From: an uncultured virus (IMG/VR IMGVR_UViG_2651869679_000001)
Taxonomy: Duplodnaviria > Heunggongvirae > Uroviricota > Caudoviricetes
DNA: 21,721 nucleotides
IMG/VR virus record: IMGVR_UViG_2651869679_000001
Strand: one strand, 5' to 3'
The translations under genes and the position numbers were made by a program. Under the pieces are notes generated by a model, which did no database searches, was not told the DNA's origin, and saw nothing but the letters and a program-made list of their open reading frames with translations. This document shows, in pieces, positions 1 through 7,955 of the stretch. Positions within the stretch are counted from its first letter, which is position 1; the number at the start of each line of letters is the position of its first letter.

Positions 1-437
1 TCTTTTGTCTTTTTTAATTCCTTTATCATTTCTTCTTTTGATTCAACATGCATTATTCTCTGTGCCCTTATTATTGCTGCATACTGTAACATTATCTGAT
101 CCCATAATATATCTAAAGGTTTCTTAGTTTCTATTTCTTCCATTATTCCTAAAGTTTCTTCCGGTAAATACTTAGAGAAAAAGCCATGTTTCTCCGCATT
201 CTTATTCTTTGCTGGAGCTCCATGGCCTACTGCATTCTTATTATTTAAGGGTGCACCCTTTTTATTTTTGTGTGCACCCATTTGTTTTTTCTCTTCCGAC
301 CAACCATATCTTTTTACCCAGGACTTAATTGTATTTAAACTAACTTTATATTTTTCAGCTAAGTCTTTATATTTCATACCTTTTAAATAATCTTTCTTAG
401 CCTGTTCTTTAGTATCTGGTCCTCTTATACTTTCCAT
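1..437 (-). CDS. terS: Phage terminase small subunit (runs off the left edge)
   Basis: Manual translation from ATG 437 (RBS GAGGTGG): [46 protein letters not shown]...[36 protein letters not shown]-terminal HTH plus GAPxxNKNA..HG motif typical of Firmicutes TerS. Confidence 0.9.
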   Translation of the reverse strand, partial: MESIRGPDTKEQAKKDYLKGMKYKDLAEKYKVSLNTIKSWVKRYGWSEEKKQMGAHKNKKGAPLNNKNAVGHGAPAKNKNAEKHGFFSKYLPEETLGIMEEIETKKPLDILWDQIMLQYAAIIRAQRIMHVESKEEMIKELKKTK

Positions 438-477
438 ACCACCACCTCATTGCTAGTTGCTTTGTTTGTTTTGAAAA

Positions 478-503
478 TCAAAAAGAGCCCTTATGAGCTC
501 TTT
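478..503 (-). terminator. Intrinsic terminator after the PepSY gene
   Basis: Minus strand AAAGAGCUC-AUAA-GGGCUCUUU followed by UUGAUUUU. Confidence 0.7.
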
Positions 504-533
504 GTTAAATTAATATGTTTTACTAGAATTTAA

Positions 534-773
534 TTAATCAAAATCCCTATCAACTTCAATTATCTGTCCTGTGTTAGCATTTATTTTTACTTCATAAATT
601 CCAGCAGTGGTTCTAATGCTAACTTCATAAACTAATATACCATCTTCAACATCTAACTCAACTCTTACTACCTGTCCTGGAACCTGCTGTAGTGCAATTT
701 GCACAGCTGCTTCACTACTAATGCGATAACTTCTCCAGTATCCATCCCATAAAGCATAATAATTAGGTATCAT
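534..773 (-). CDS. Small PepSY-domain protein (moron)
   Basis: ISSEAAVQIALQQVPGQVVRVELDVEDGILVYEVSI...YEVKINANTGQII matches the PepSY pattern. Start moved to ATG 773 (AAGGAAGA upstream); the track starts at 797. Confidence 0.85.
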   Translation of the reverse strand: MIPNYYALWDGYWRSYRISSEAAVQIALQQVPGQVVRVELDVEDGILVYEVSIRTTAGIYEVKINANTGQIIEVDRDFD

Positions 774-810
774 TATAAAATCATCTTCCTTTTTCAATAT
801 TTACATGATT

Positions 811-840
811 ATTATATTCAATTATTTAAAGATTAGTGAC
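811..840 (-). promoter_or_regulatory. Possible mother-cell (SigK/SigE-like) promoter for the PepSY gene
   Basis: Minus strand gtcAC-N17-AATATAAT; no SigA -35 at 17 bp. Confidence 0.35.
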
Positions 841-888
841 TTTTAGCAATGTATACTCTTAAGTTATCTCTTTCTTAATACTCTTAAT

Positions 889-1098
889 CTATTTTCCCCA
901 TGTTCTTTGCTTTATACTTCCACCTCTACCCCTACAATAACTATCATGCTGCATCAATTCCATAACATCAGAAAAGGAGAGATCCTCTTTCTTACCTCTC
1001 CCACACTTTTTCTTATTCTGTTTTATATTTTTATTTAACTTCCTATGTGTATCAGGTTGCTGAGTTTTTAATATCTTTTCTATCCTCACATATCCCAC
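889..1098 (-). CDS. Hypothetical basic phage protein
   Basis: ORF track; GTG start with GAGGTAGG RBS; overlaps the upstream gene. Confidence 0.7.
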   Translation of the reverse strand: MGYVRIEKILKTQQPDTHRKLNKNIKQNKKKCGRGKKEDLSFSDVMELMQHDSYCRGRGGSIKQRTWGK

Positions 1099-1285
1099 CT
1101 ACCTCACATTGATTTGAACAACTAATTAAATCTACTTTGCATCCCATGTAATGCTCACAAAATCCATTACTACCTTTTTTAAAGTTCTTGCAGTACTCCC
1201 TTTTGTTTGCTTTATATAAACTTTTATTTTGTATTTCTTCCTTTTGAGAAAATATATATTTATCTAAAAATTTACTTAGTTTCAT
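1052..1285 (-). CDS. Hypothetical Cys-rich protein
   Basis: Probable start MKLSK at 1285 with RBS AAGGAGAA; the track's 1375 start lies within a hairpin. Confidence 0.6.
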   Translation of the reverse strand: MKLSKFLDKYIFSQKEEIQNKSLYKANKREYCKNFKKGSNGFCEHYMGCKVDLISCSNQCEVGGICEDRKDIKNSAT

Positions 1286-1335
1286 TGTCTTATTCTCCTT
1301 ATGTATATGAATATAATCTCCTGGACTTATCCAGG

Positions 1336-1405
1336 TATGTAAAAAGCACCTAACCTCTAGTGGGGAGCGAATCACCCACCTTTAGTTAAGTGCTTTTAGT
1401 ACATA
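1336..1405 (-). terminator. Long hairpin/terminator-like structure in the late leader
   Basis: Minus strand AAAAGCACUUAAC...GUUAGGUGCUUUUU with inner GUGGG/CCCAC stem. Confidence 0.55.
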
Positions 1406-1487
1406 TAACACAATACATTGTATATTTTTTATTTTTGCAGTTACCTTGTACAATAAGTCCCTGCTTTATATATTTTTGCTTAATATC

Positions 1488-1522
1488 ATAATAACATAAG
1501 TAAATCGGACAATGGGGACAAC
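1488..1522 (-). promoter_or_regulatory. Putative late promoter with activator-binding direct repeats
   Basis: Right after the activator stop: TTGTCC x2 (1516-1521, 1507-1512), then extended -10 TGtTATTAT (1488-1496) with no -35. Position is typical of RinA-family targets. Confidence 0.6.
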
Positions 1523-1523
1523 T

Positions 1524-1931
1524 TTATTTTAAAAATCTTTCTGCAACTTTCCTAACACTTTCTGTAGTAGTTCCTCCGCCCACATTGGCAGCTACCTCTT
1601 CCCATGTTAGTCCATTTATATACCTTAAACTTATAATCTGCCTTGTTAAACTATCTTCTATACCTTCTATAAATTCATTTGTTTCTTCTACCAAATCCAT
1701 CAATTCACTTATTCTTCTACTTAATTTCTTTCTTAATCTAATTGTTTTCCTGTTATATTCTTCGTAGTTTACACCCTCTATAGTAAAACTTCTTTGCACA
1801 TAAGGAAAATGAGAACTAGAACCTCTTACTTTATCAATTGCCATTGTATATTCTAGATTATCTATTTGTTTCTTTATCGCTTCTATTTCTGTTTTTAGAT
1901 ATCTTAATTGCTTTAGTTGTTCCTTATCCAT
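1524..1931 (-). CDS. RinA/ArpU-family late transcription activator
   Basis: Coiled-coil N-terminus; C-terminal sigma70-r4-like HTH (RQIISLRYINGLTWEEVAANVG); lies upstream of terS. Start ATG 1931 with AGGAGG. Confidence 0.8.
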   Translation of the reverse strand: MDKEQLKQLRYLKTEIEAIKKQIDNLEYTMAIDKVRGSSSHFPYVQRSFTIEGVNYEEYNRKTIRLRKKLSRRISELMDLVEETNEFIEGIEDSLTRQIISLRYINGLTWEEVAANVGGGTTTESVRKVAERFLK

Positions 1932-1941
1932 GCTTGTCCTC

Positions 1942-2184
1942 CTATTCATAAAACTTATTTTTATTCCATGTTTTAATACAAGTTTTATTTTCTTTTATAC
2001 GAAAAAGCTTTATTTTAGCCAAATCTCTGGCTCTGTTTAGTAAATCGCTTAACTTGTCTTTATCAAATTCACCTAATAAGTTACGAATTTTATCCATATC
2101 TGCATCAAATTTTCTAAATTGAATTTTCTTTTCTTCCGTTAATTTTAATCCAGCTAAATCAAATTCATCTAATATACTATTCAT
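1942..2184 (-). CDS. Hypothetical protein
   Basis: ORF track; ATGA overlap with the upstream ORF. Confidence 0.7.
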   Translation of the reverse strand: MNSILDEFDLAGLKLTEEKKIQFRKFDADMDKIRNLLGEFDKDKLSDLLNRARDLAKIKLFRIKENKTCIKTWNKNKFYE

Positions 2185-2372
2185 ACCGCCTTCACCTTCC
2201 TAATTTCTTTTCCCTTTAGGTTGTAGACTATCCCATGATCCATATCTATCTTTGCTTTTATTCTTTTTCTGCCTCTCTTTAAAATGCATGGATAAGTTAT
2301 TGTGTAGCTTTCCTCAAATAGTTTTAACTCCCCATTAAAGTACTTGTCCAATCTATCCCTCCATGCTTCCAT
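2181..2372 (-). CDS. Hypothetical protein
   Basis: Probable start MEAWRD at 2372, RBS AAGGGAG. Confidence 0.7.
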   Translation of the reverse strand: MEAWRDRLDKYFNGELKLFEESYTITYPCILKRGRKRIKAKIDMDHGIVYNLKGKEIRKVKAV

Positions 2373-2380
2373 GATTAACA

Positions 2381-2461
2381 CTCCCTTGTATTATTGTTTT
2401 ATTACACTAGTACAGTTAAGGCATAGAAATACATAATTTAATCCCTACACCTATTTAGTTT
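2381..2461 (-). repeat. Dispersed intergenic repeat, copy A (hairpin, -10-like box, RBS)
   Basis: Aligns by eye with 7956-8042. Shared plus-strand blocks: CTCCCTT, GTATTA.TGTTTTATTA.ACT, AGG.ATA, ATACATA, CCTACACCTAT, TTAGTTT. Confidence 0.85.
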
Positions 2462-2467
2462 ATGTTC

Positions 2468-2767
2468 TTACTTTGATTTTTCTGATTCCTTTATTTCATC
2501 TAGTATCTGTTTTAAAGTCTTATGATTTCCATACTTTATATTAAAATGTTGATGTATTTCCTTAGGCAACTTTATAAACATATCTGAATCATTAAATTCT
2601 ATATAATTAGCTCCTTCTTCTCTAAATAATTCTCCTGGAGCATCAACACTAATCCATACTTGTCCTCCATATGTTTTAGTTATAAATATTTCTTCTTTTG
2701 GTCCCCATTGTTTTGTTAGCTCCCTTAAATATTTAGTTAAAGAGATAGTTATCATTATTTTAGCCAT
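2468..2767 (-). CDS. Hypothetical protein
   Basis: ORF track; GAGGAG RBS. Confidence 0.75.
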   Translation of the reverse strand: MAKIMITISLTKYLRELTKQWGPKEEIFITKTYGGQVWISVDAPGELFREEGANYIEFNDSDMFIKLPKEIHQHFNIKYGNHKTLKQILDEIKESEKSK

Positions 2768-2787
2768 TACTTTTACTCCTCTCTGAT

Positions 2788-3615
2788 CTAAACAATGCGT
2801 AATTGTTCAAAACCTACAGGTTTATAATTCATAAGTATCAATTCATTTCGTACTGGACACTTTTCTCCATCAATTCTATTTTTTATTTGGCTGGACGTAC
2901 TGTATTCAACTATATGCCAATCTTTATATAATTCATCTATTAATGGACTGCTATAATAACAAACCATTGCTTTTCCTTTAATTTTATCTAATCTTTTCTT
3001 TAATCTTATATGGTCCTTTTCTTCAAATCCTCCAAAGTACATATCTTCATGTTTGTGATATGGTGGATCTAAGAAAAACAATGTTTCTTCTGTATCATAA
3101 AATTTTATTACTTCCTCAAAATCTCTATTTAATATATTCCACTCTTTTATTAACTCAGCCATCTTAGGAATTAATTCTGTAGCTGTCATTAACTGCTTGG
3201 CCTTATTTTGAGTTTTAGACAATCCTATTCCATTTCTATATTTGTGTCCTCCACCTCCGAAACAAACACGCATTAAATAATAGAATCTTACTGCAGCTTC
3301 CAAATTATCTTCCGGCCATGCTTCCCATTTCCATTTTTCAAATAAGCTCTCACTATAGGGTAATGAACTACATTCCTTATATAGCCTTTCCGGATCCTCT
3401 TTAAGTACCATCATATAATTTATTAACTTATCATTTATGTCATTGACTATAGTTAATTTTGCTGGACTTACTGTTTCTTTATAAAAAGGTATTGCTCCGG
3501 ATCCAAGGAAACAATCCACGAATATTTTATGTTCTGGCATTAAATCCAGGTACTTTTCCTCTTTGCCATGCTTGCCACCTATCCACTTTATATTGCTTAT
3601 ATGTTTAAGTTTCAC
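2788..3615 (-). CDS. DNA adenine methyltransferase (Dam/D12 class)
   Basis: KWIGGK, motif I DCFLGSG, IVNDIN, catalytic LDPPY, C-terminal ELILMNY. Confidence 0.93.
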   Translation of the reverse strand: MKLKHISNIKWIGGKHGKEEKYLDLMPEHKIFVDCFLGSGAIPFYKETVSPAKLTIVNDINDKLINYMMVLKEDPERLYKECSSLPYSESLFEKWKWEAWPEDNLEAAVRFYYLMRVCFGGGGHKYRNGIGLSKTQNKAKQLMTATELIPKMAELIKEWNILNRDFEEVIKFYDTEETLFFLDPPYHKHEDMYFGGFEEKDHIRLKKRLDKIKGKAMVCYYSSPLIDELYKDWHIVEYSTSSQIKNRIDGEKCPVRNELILMNYKPVGFEQLRIV

Positions 3616-3639
3616 TTTATCACCTCTATTTATATCTTC

Positions 3640-4635
3640 CTAAGATATCTTTTTGTATTCATATTTTACAGTTTCTTCTGATAGTTGCGCATAAATTTGA
3701 GTAGTTGCTGGACTCTCGTGGCCCATCAAATGTTGTATAATTGGCATTGGCATACCACTATTAATTTTGTATGTCGCAAAGGAGTGTCTAAATAAGTGAG
3801 GATGTATTGACTTTTCTATTCCTGCCATATTCGCTATCTTTTTAAATTCTCTTTGAATACTTCTTTTTCCTAATCTATGATAAGGTCTTTTGGATGTAAC
3901 GAATAATGCTGGATCATCATCTTCCCTTGAAAATAAATATTTTTTTAATAAAATTTTGGCTTTTGTATTGAAGTAGACTTTTCGTTCCTTATCTCCTTTA
4001 CCAACTACAAATAGGCTCATTTCATGCCAATTAATATTGTCTTTATTTACTTTAAAAACTTCATCCAATCTACATCCTGTAGATATTAAGAACTCTGTCA
4101 ATGCCTTTTGTCTTTCCGTTTCGCAAGCTTGTCTTAATAATTCAGCCTCTTCCTCTGTTAATGGCTTCCTAACTCTTTTAGGCTGTTTAGTTTGCTTCAA
4201 CTTTTTAGCTGGATTTTTAGGTATATAATCTTCATCCGCAAGCCAACCAAAGAAGCTTTTTAGAATTGATATTTGTCCGTTAACACTACTTTGCTTCATA
4301 TCCTTGCATCTAGCCCCTAAAAACATTCTTAAATCCATTGTTTCTATAGCTGCTAAAGGTTTTCTTAAATAATCTGCAAATATTATTAAGTTATATCTGT
4401 AATTTTTTAATGTTTCTATACTTAAACCATCCAATTTTTTAGATGCTAAGTATATTTGTAATTTCTCTTCTATATCGCTTGTTACTAAGCCTGTCTCCTC
4501 TGGCAATATATTGTATTTATATAAAATTTCCTCTACTATTCTTCTAACCTTTAACTGGTCTATCCCCTCAAATTCCATAGACAACTTGCCTACTAATTTA
4601 ATTACAACTTCATTCTTTGCACTTGTACTATACAT
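3640..4635 (-). CDS. Second tyrosine recombinase (XerC/D-like, N-terminal SAM-like domain)
   Basis: Intact catalytic set: STGCRLDE (R), GKGDKER (K), HPHLFRH (HxxR), LMGH, TTQIY (Y). No arm-binding domain apparent. Confidence 0.95.
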   Translation of the reverse strand: MYSTSAKNEVVIKLVGKLSMEFEGIDQLKVRRIVEEILYKYNILPEETGLVTSDIEEKLQIYLASKKLDGLSIETLKNYRYNLIIFADYLRKPLAAIETMDLRMFLGARCKDMKQSSVNGQISILKSFFGWLADEDYIPKNPAKKLKQTKQPKRVRKPLTEEEAELLRQACETERQKALTEFLISTGCRLDEVFKVNKDNINWHEMSLFVVGKGDKERKVYFNTKAKILLKKYLFSREDDDPALFVTSKRPYHRLGKRSIQREFKKIANMAGIEKSIHPHLFRHSFATYKINSGMPMPIIQHLMGHESPATTQIYAQLSEETVKYEYKKIS

Positions 4636-4664
4636 ATAAATACCTCCTATATTGCCATTAAAGA

Positions 4665-4692
4665 CATTTTAATTTTGATAGAATTATGATTT
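4665..4692 (-). other. Putative recombination half-site just upstream of the recombinase gene
   Basis: Minus AAATCATAATT-CTATCA-AAATTAAAATG; left arm shares CRYAAT with 5444-5471. Confidence 0.35.
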
Positions 4693-4706
4693 AATATTTA
4701 ATCCTC

Positions 4707-4874
4707 CTAAATTGAAAATCTATTTACTATATTTAGTAATTCCTCCTCAGAAGCTTGGTATTCATGAATATACTGATAACCACTCCAGTTATCTACTCCA
4801 CAAGATTCTAAGGCATCTAGCTTATCCTCAGCTTGTAATAATTCTAAAAATCTTTGTTCACTGATTTGTACCAT
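4707..4874 (-). CDS. Small phage protein, 55 aa, GVDNWxGY motif (not in track)
   Basis: Manual translation MVQISEQRFLELLQAEDKLDALESCGVDNWSGYQYIHEYQASEEELLNIVNRFSI*, RBS AAGGGAGG. Confidence 0.85.
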   Translation of the reverse strand: MVQISEQRFLELLQAEDKLDALESCGVDNWSGYQYIHEYQASEEELLNIVNRFSI

Positions 4875-4942
4875 TTTAATACGCCTCCCTTAATAGGTAT
4901 AGTAGCTTTATTATTTATATATATTATTCTCATTATCATTTT

Positions 4943-4970
4943 GTTGTACTTAATCCTTGTATTGTGTATT
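4943..4970 (-). other. Putative recombination half-site overlapping the stop of the 81-aa ORF
   Basis: Minus AATACACAATA-CAAGGA-TTAAGTACAAC; left arm 8/11 identical to AATACGTAATT. Confidence 0.4.
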
Positions 4971-5214
4971 AATCTTCTACATATTGGTCATATTCATCTG
5001 GTTCAATATATTCTAAATATTTTCTATTAGTATCCAATGTACCAGCTAATCCTATTTTTAAATTTTCTGCAATATCACTTTTAAGTTCTTCTGGTATTTC
5101 TTTTTTGGTTTGCATTGTTGTCTCTATATAAGCCTCACAATAGTCTTTCAATTCTTCGTCCCAGCCAACTTCGGCTTCTTTGGCTATTCTATAGCAAAAT
5201 CTATTATTAAACAT
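4969..5214 (-). CDS. Hypothetical acidic protein
   Basis: ORF track; GGAGGGG RBS. Confidence 0.75.
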   Translation of the reverse strand: MFNNRFCYRIAKEAEVGWDEELKDYCEAYIETTMQTKKEIPEELKSDIAENLKIGLAGTLDTNRKYLEYIEPDEYDQYVED

Positions 5215-5244
5215 TTTATCCCCTCCATTTATTTTTGTTGCAAA

Positions 5245-5427
5245 TTACTTGAATACAATAACAAGATTGGCTACATAATCTCTTAATCCACATTTTGCAC
5301 AGGTTACTTCATTATCTTTTATATCCTCATGCAGCAAATAATAGTTACCTTCTACTTTTATGCACTGTATAGATTCGTGATTAAATTCTGTAGAACCACA
5401 CCTAACACAGCTTAATTGAATTTTCAT
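5245..5427 (-). CDS. Small putative zinc-ribbon protein
   Basis: CVRCG and CAKCG pairs; AAGGAG RBS. Confidence 0.75.
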   Translation of the reverse strand: MKIQLSCVRCGSTEFNHESIQCIKVEGNYYLLHEDIKDNEVTCAKCGLRDYVANLVIVFK

Positions 5428-5443
5428 ATTTTATCTCCTTATT

Positions 5444-5471
5444 GTTTCGTAATTATTTCAAATTACGTATT
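5444..5471. other. dif-like palindromic site (11-6-11), candidate target of the second recombinase
   Basis: Plus GTTTCGTAATT-ATTTCA-AATTACGTATT: perfect CGTAATT/AATTACG inverted arms around a 6-bp spacer, overlapping the stop codon of 5463-5810. Confidence 0.55.
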
Positions 5472-5810
5472 TTTAAGTTCCACACGCTCCCATGTAAGAA
5501 AGCTTCTATATGCCTCAAGTTCTAACCTCAAATTTCTCATAGCTTCTATACATACACTATAGTTAGTTTCTGCTATATCTCTATTTAATCTTAATTTTGC
5601 AATTTCTTCTTTACCTTTAGCTAAGTCATTTATTAGTGTGGCTGGTTGCTTTTCAAGTTGTCTTAATCTTAAAATCTCTTTTCTTAATGCTATTTTATAG
5701 TCATGCTCTGCTCTTGCTTTCTTTACTCCTAGAGTTTTTAACTCTATATTTCCTCTAGTTAATGCCTGTTGGCATACTCCTATCTTGTCCATTATTTGTT
5801 GTGGCGTCAT
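5463..5810 (-). CDS. Helical phage hypothetical protein
   Basis: ORF track; AAGGAGG RBS. Confidence 0.8.
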   Translation of the reverse strand: MTPQQIMDKIGVCQQALTRGNIELKTLGVKKARAEHDYKIALRKEILRLRQLEKQPATLINDLAKGKEEIAKLRLNRDIAETNYSVCIEAMRNLRLELEAYRSFLTWERVELKNT

Positions 5811-5825
5811 ATTGCCCTCCTTTAA

Positions 5826-6227
5826 CTACACTTCTTTTAATATCTTTAGTTCTATATTTGGATACCTAAGCTTAAACTGCTTATACGTTCTCTTCCATTG
5901 CTCCGATTCATAGCCTTTTGTATCTTCTACTGTATAGGTCTTATCTTTATTTAAAACTAGAAAATCTGCACTATAAGTAATTGCTCTATTCTCTCCGTTA
6001 CCTTCTTGTAATATAAACTGTGGTTGTAGCACAAACCCTGCTATCTCTCCTGAATGAAATAATAATTTAAGTCGGCAATACCTTTTAGCTTCTAATTGAC
6101 TTCTGAAAAATACTCCATCTATCCAGGTACCTTTATTTTTATATTTCTGTTTTTTAGGTTTAGGCTTTTCTACTTTCTTCCCTCTGTTTTTTAAATATTC
6201 TTCATACTGTTCCTCTGTCCACCTCAA
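5826..6227 (-). CDS. DUF1064-family PD-(D/E)xK endonuclease
   Basis: KYKNK..IDGVFFRSQLEAKRY, LQPQF, Y.ADF, VEDTKG motifs. Confidence 0.88.
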   Translation of the reverse strand: MRWTEEQYEEYLKNRGKKVEKPKPKKQKYKNKGTWIDGVFFRSQLEAKRYCRLKLLFHSGEIAGFVLQPQFILQEGNGENRAITYSADFLVLNKDKTYTVEDTKGYESEQWKRTYKQFKLRYPNIELKILKEV

Positions 6228-6382
6228 AATTGACCACTCTTTCTTCTATAATTCTTGTTCATAACTTTATCTATATTGCAAGCTACATGATCCATGTAAT
6301 CTGTCCTTTTTATTCTTTCCTTATCTCTCTTTCTCTGCTGTAGCAATATATAAGTTTTATTTGCCTTTTCTTTATTTGACAT
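6224..6382 (-). CDS. Small basic hypothetical protein, 52 aa (not in track)
   Basis: MSNKEKANKTYILLQQRKRDKERIKRTDYMDHVACNIDKVMNKNYRRKSGQF*; fills the gap, GGAGG RBS, TTGA overlap with DUF1064. Confidence 0.7.
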   Translation of the reverse strand: MSNKEKANKTYILLQQRKRDKERIKRTDYMDHVACNIDKVMNKNYRRKSGQF

Positions 6383-6737
6383 ACAAATGACCTCCCATAA
6401 GTCTTTGTATTATATCTATCTTTTCATAGCCTTCTTTATAAAGCTTTAATTTCTTAGTTATTTTCCTAGCTTCACTTATAGTTGTTTCTAGTATTTCTTT
6501 TATTTCTTTTTCTGTAAAATAATCTTTATCAAATAGTCCGAATAGCTTCTTCTGTAATTCTAGCTTGTATTCTAAATTTTTCTTTTTACTCATATGTGGT
6601 CCATTATCACCTCTATGGCAATCTGCACATAGATATTTAAAATTAATATTTATATTGGCCATATATGAAGCCTGGCTTCTGAAAATTATATGGTGTAGTT
6701 CTACTACGTTTTTTCCGCATTCCTCACAATATTTCAT
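6372..6737 (-). CDS. HNH-endonuclease-like zinc-binding protein
   Basis: CEECG...ELHHIIFRSQ...LCADCHRG...H. Confidence 0.75.
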   Translation of the reverse strand: MKYCEECGKNVVELHHIIFRSQASYMANININFKYLCADCHRGDNGPHMSKKKNLEYKLELQKKLFGLFDKDYFTEKEIKEILETTISEARKITKKLKLYKEGYEKIDIIQRLMGGHLYVK

Positions 6738-6769
6738 TAATTAAACCTTCTTTCAGATTTATTTAGTAT

Positions 6770-6808
6770 GCCAAGGGTATAAAGTTTGTCTTATACCCTT
6801 AGCTTTTT
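6770..6808. terminator. Intergenic hairpin (possible plus-strand terminator or processing site)
   Basis: AAGGGTATAA-N8-TTATACCCTT perfect 10-bp stem; T-run only on the plus side. Confidence 0.5.
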
Positions 6809-6813
6809 AAACC

Positions 6814-7527
6814 CTAGGATATTATGTTAATGTTTTGTATTTCTTTTAATTCTTCTTGTAGGTATGCTTTTATACTTCGCATTGCTTGATTTCTCCAAGC
6901 TCCACCATCAGCTTCAAAAATAGCCGCCTTAGGTCCTTGTTGCATTCTGAATATAAACTTACTTGTCGGCTGTTGTACCTCTGGGAATGTTCTATATGGT
7001 GCTAATGCTACTGGATTAGGTACTACTGCTTGTCCTACGCTTGCTACACCGGTTTTTATTGTCACCGCTTGAGATACTCCATCATCACCTGTGCTTTTTA
7101 CTGCTTCATCTTTTATTAAACCTGTATATTTTAATAGGACCTCTTTATCTCCTATATCTACAAATGAACTTTGAAGCATAATGTTAAATTCTTCTGTGCC
7201 TATGAATCTGTCATAATAAATATTATTTGGCAAAATAGCTACTGCTCTTATATACATTTCTCTTTCTCTATCATCATTTAAAGGACTATATAGTCTTACA
7301 TCATCATGTGATTTTACTTGTATTAATAATTCACTTTGTAATCTATCTGTATTTGTTTTTATATAATCTATTAGTCCTGTAAGTGTTGATACTGTTAATG
7401 TGTCTGCTAATGGTCCTGTAACCCTATCTAATCCTTTTGTTGAAAAAGTTCCTTGATCTAATTGAATGATTGGGTCCCTTTTCTCTCCTAAATTTACTAA
7501 GTATTCTAAAGCTTCTTTATTTATCAT
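6814..7527 (-). CDS. Phage protein, possibly YfdQ/DUF2303-like
   Basis: DDGVSQAVTIKTGV, PNPV.L.PYRTF.E..QP.S.F.FR and FEADGGAW motifs; paired with the 130-aa upstream gene. Family link is from recall. Confidence 0.55.
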   Translation of the reverse strand: MINKEALEYLVNLGEKRDPIIQLDQGTFSTKGLDRVTGPLADTLTVSTLTGLIDYIKTNTDRLQSELLIQVKSHDDVRLYSPLNDDREREMYIRAVAILPNNIYYDRFIGTEEFNIMLQSSFVDIGDKEVLLKYTGLIKDEAVKSTGDDGVSQAVTIKTGVASVGQAVVPNPVALAPYRTFPEVQQPTSKFIFRMQQGPKAAIFEADGGAWRNQAMRSIKAYLQEELKEIQNINIIS

Positions 7528-7553
7528 TTTTCATTCCTCCAATTTTATTTTTA

Positions 7554-7946
7554 TTATTTTACTAATTTGATTCCTTTAAGATCTACTTCTTTTTCTTCTG
7601 CAGTAGTTAGCACTTCTCCAGTTTCTTCATCAACTCTTAGAACACTTTGTCCTGGGATTTGCTTTTTATATTCACTGGCAAGTATTCCACCTTTTCCATC
7701 TGTACCAATTACAATCTTAGCTGCAAGTGGTTTCGTTGGAGCTAATTTAGGTTTTGCCACTATAGATACTTCTGTTAATTCTCTGTCCTCTCCACTAGCA
7801 AATGTCATATCTACACTTAACTTTCTTTTTGTTTTATAATCTGTGTTTGGATCTGCAATGTTTTCTAACACCTCCTTTAAAGCCATATTGATCTTTTCTG
7901 CCAATGCTCCATCAGCAAAGGTTTCTAGATTAATCATCTTTTCCAT
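7554..7946 (-). CDS. Phage protein, partner of 6814-7527 (possibly YfdP-like)
   Basis: FADGALAE...NIADPNT...KRK...KLAP pattern. Confidence 0.55.
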   Translation of the reverse strand: MEKMINLETFADGALAEKINMALKEVLENIADPNTDYKTKRKLSVDMTFASGEDRELTEVSIVAKPKLAPTKPLAAKIVIGTDGKGGILASEYKKQIPGQSVLRVDEETGEVLTTAEEKEVDLKGIKLVK

Positions 7947-7955
7947 AACATTGTT

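Noticed and set aside
1405..1430. AATATACAAT-like arm resembling the cassette half-sites
   Set aside because: Forms a short local palindrome with a 2-nt centre, lacks CRYAAT and is not at a gene junction near the recombinase.
3640..4635. Calling the second recombinase host xerC/xerD or the boundary of a separate element
   Set aside because: It is co-oriented within a continuous phage operon with phage genes on both sides; no gene symbol is justified.
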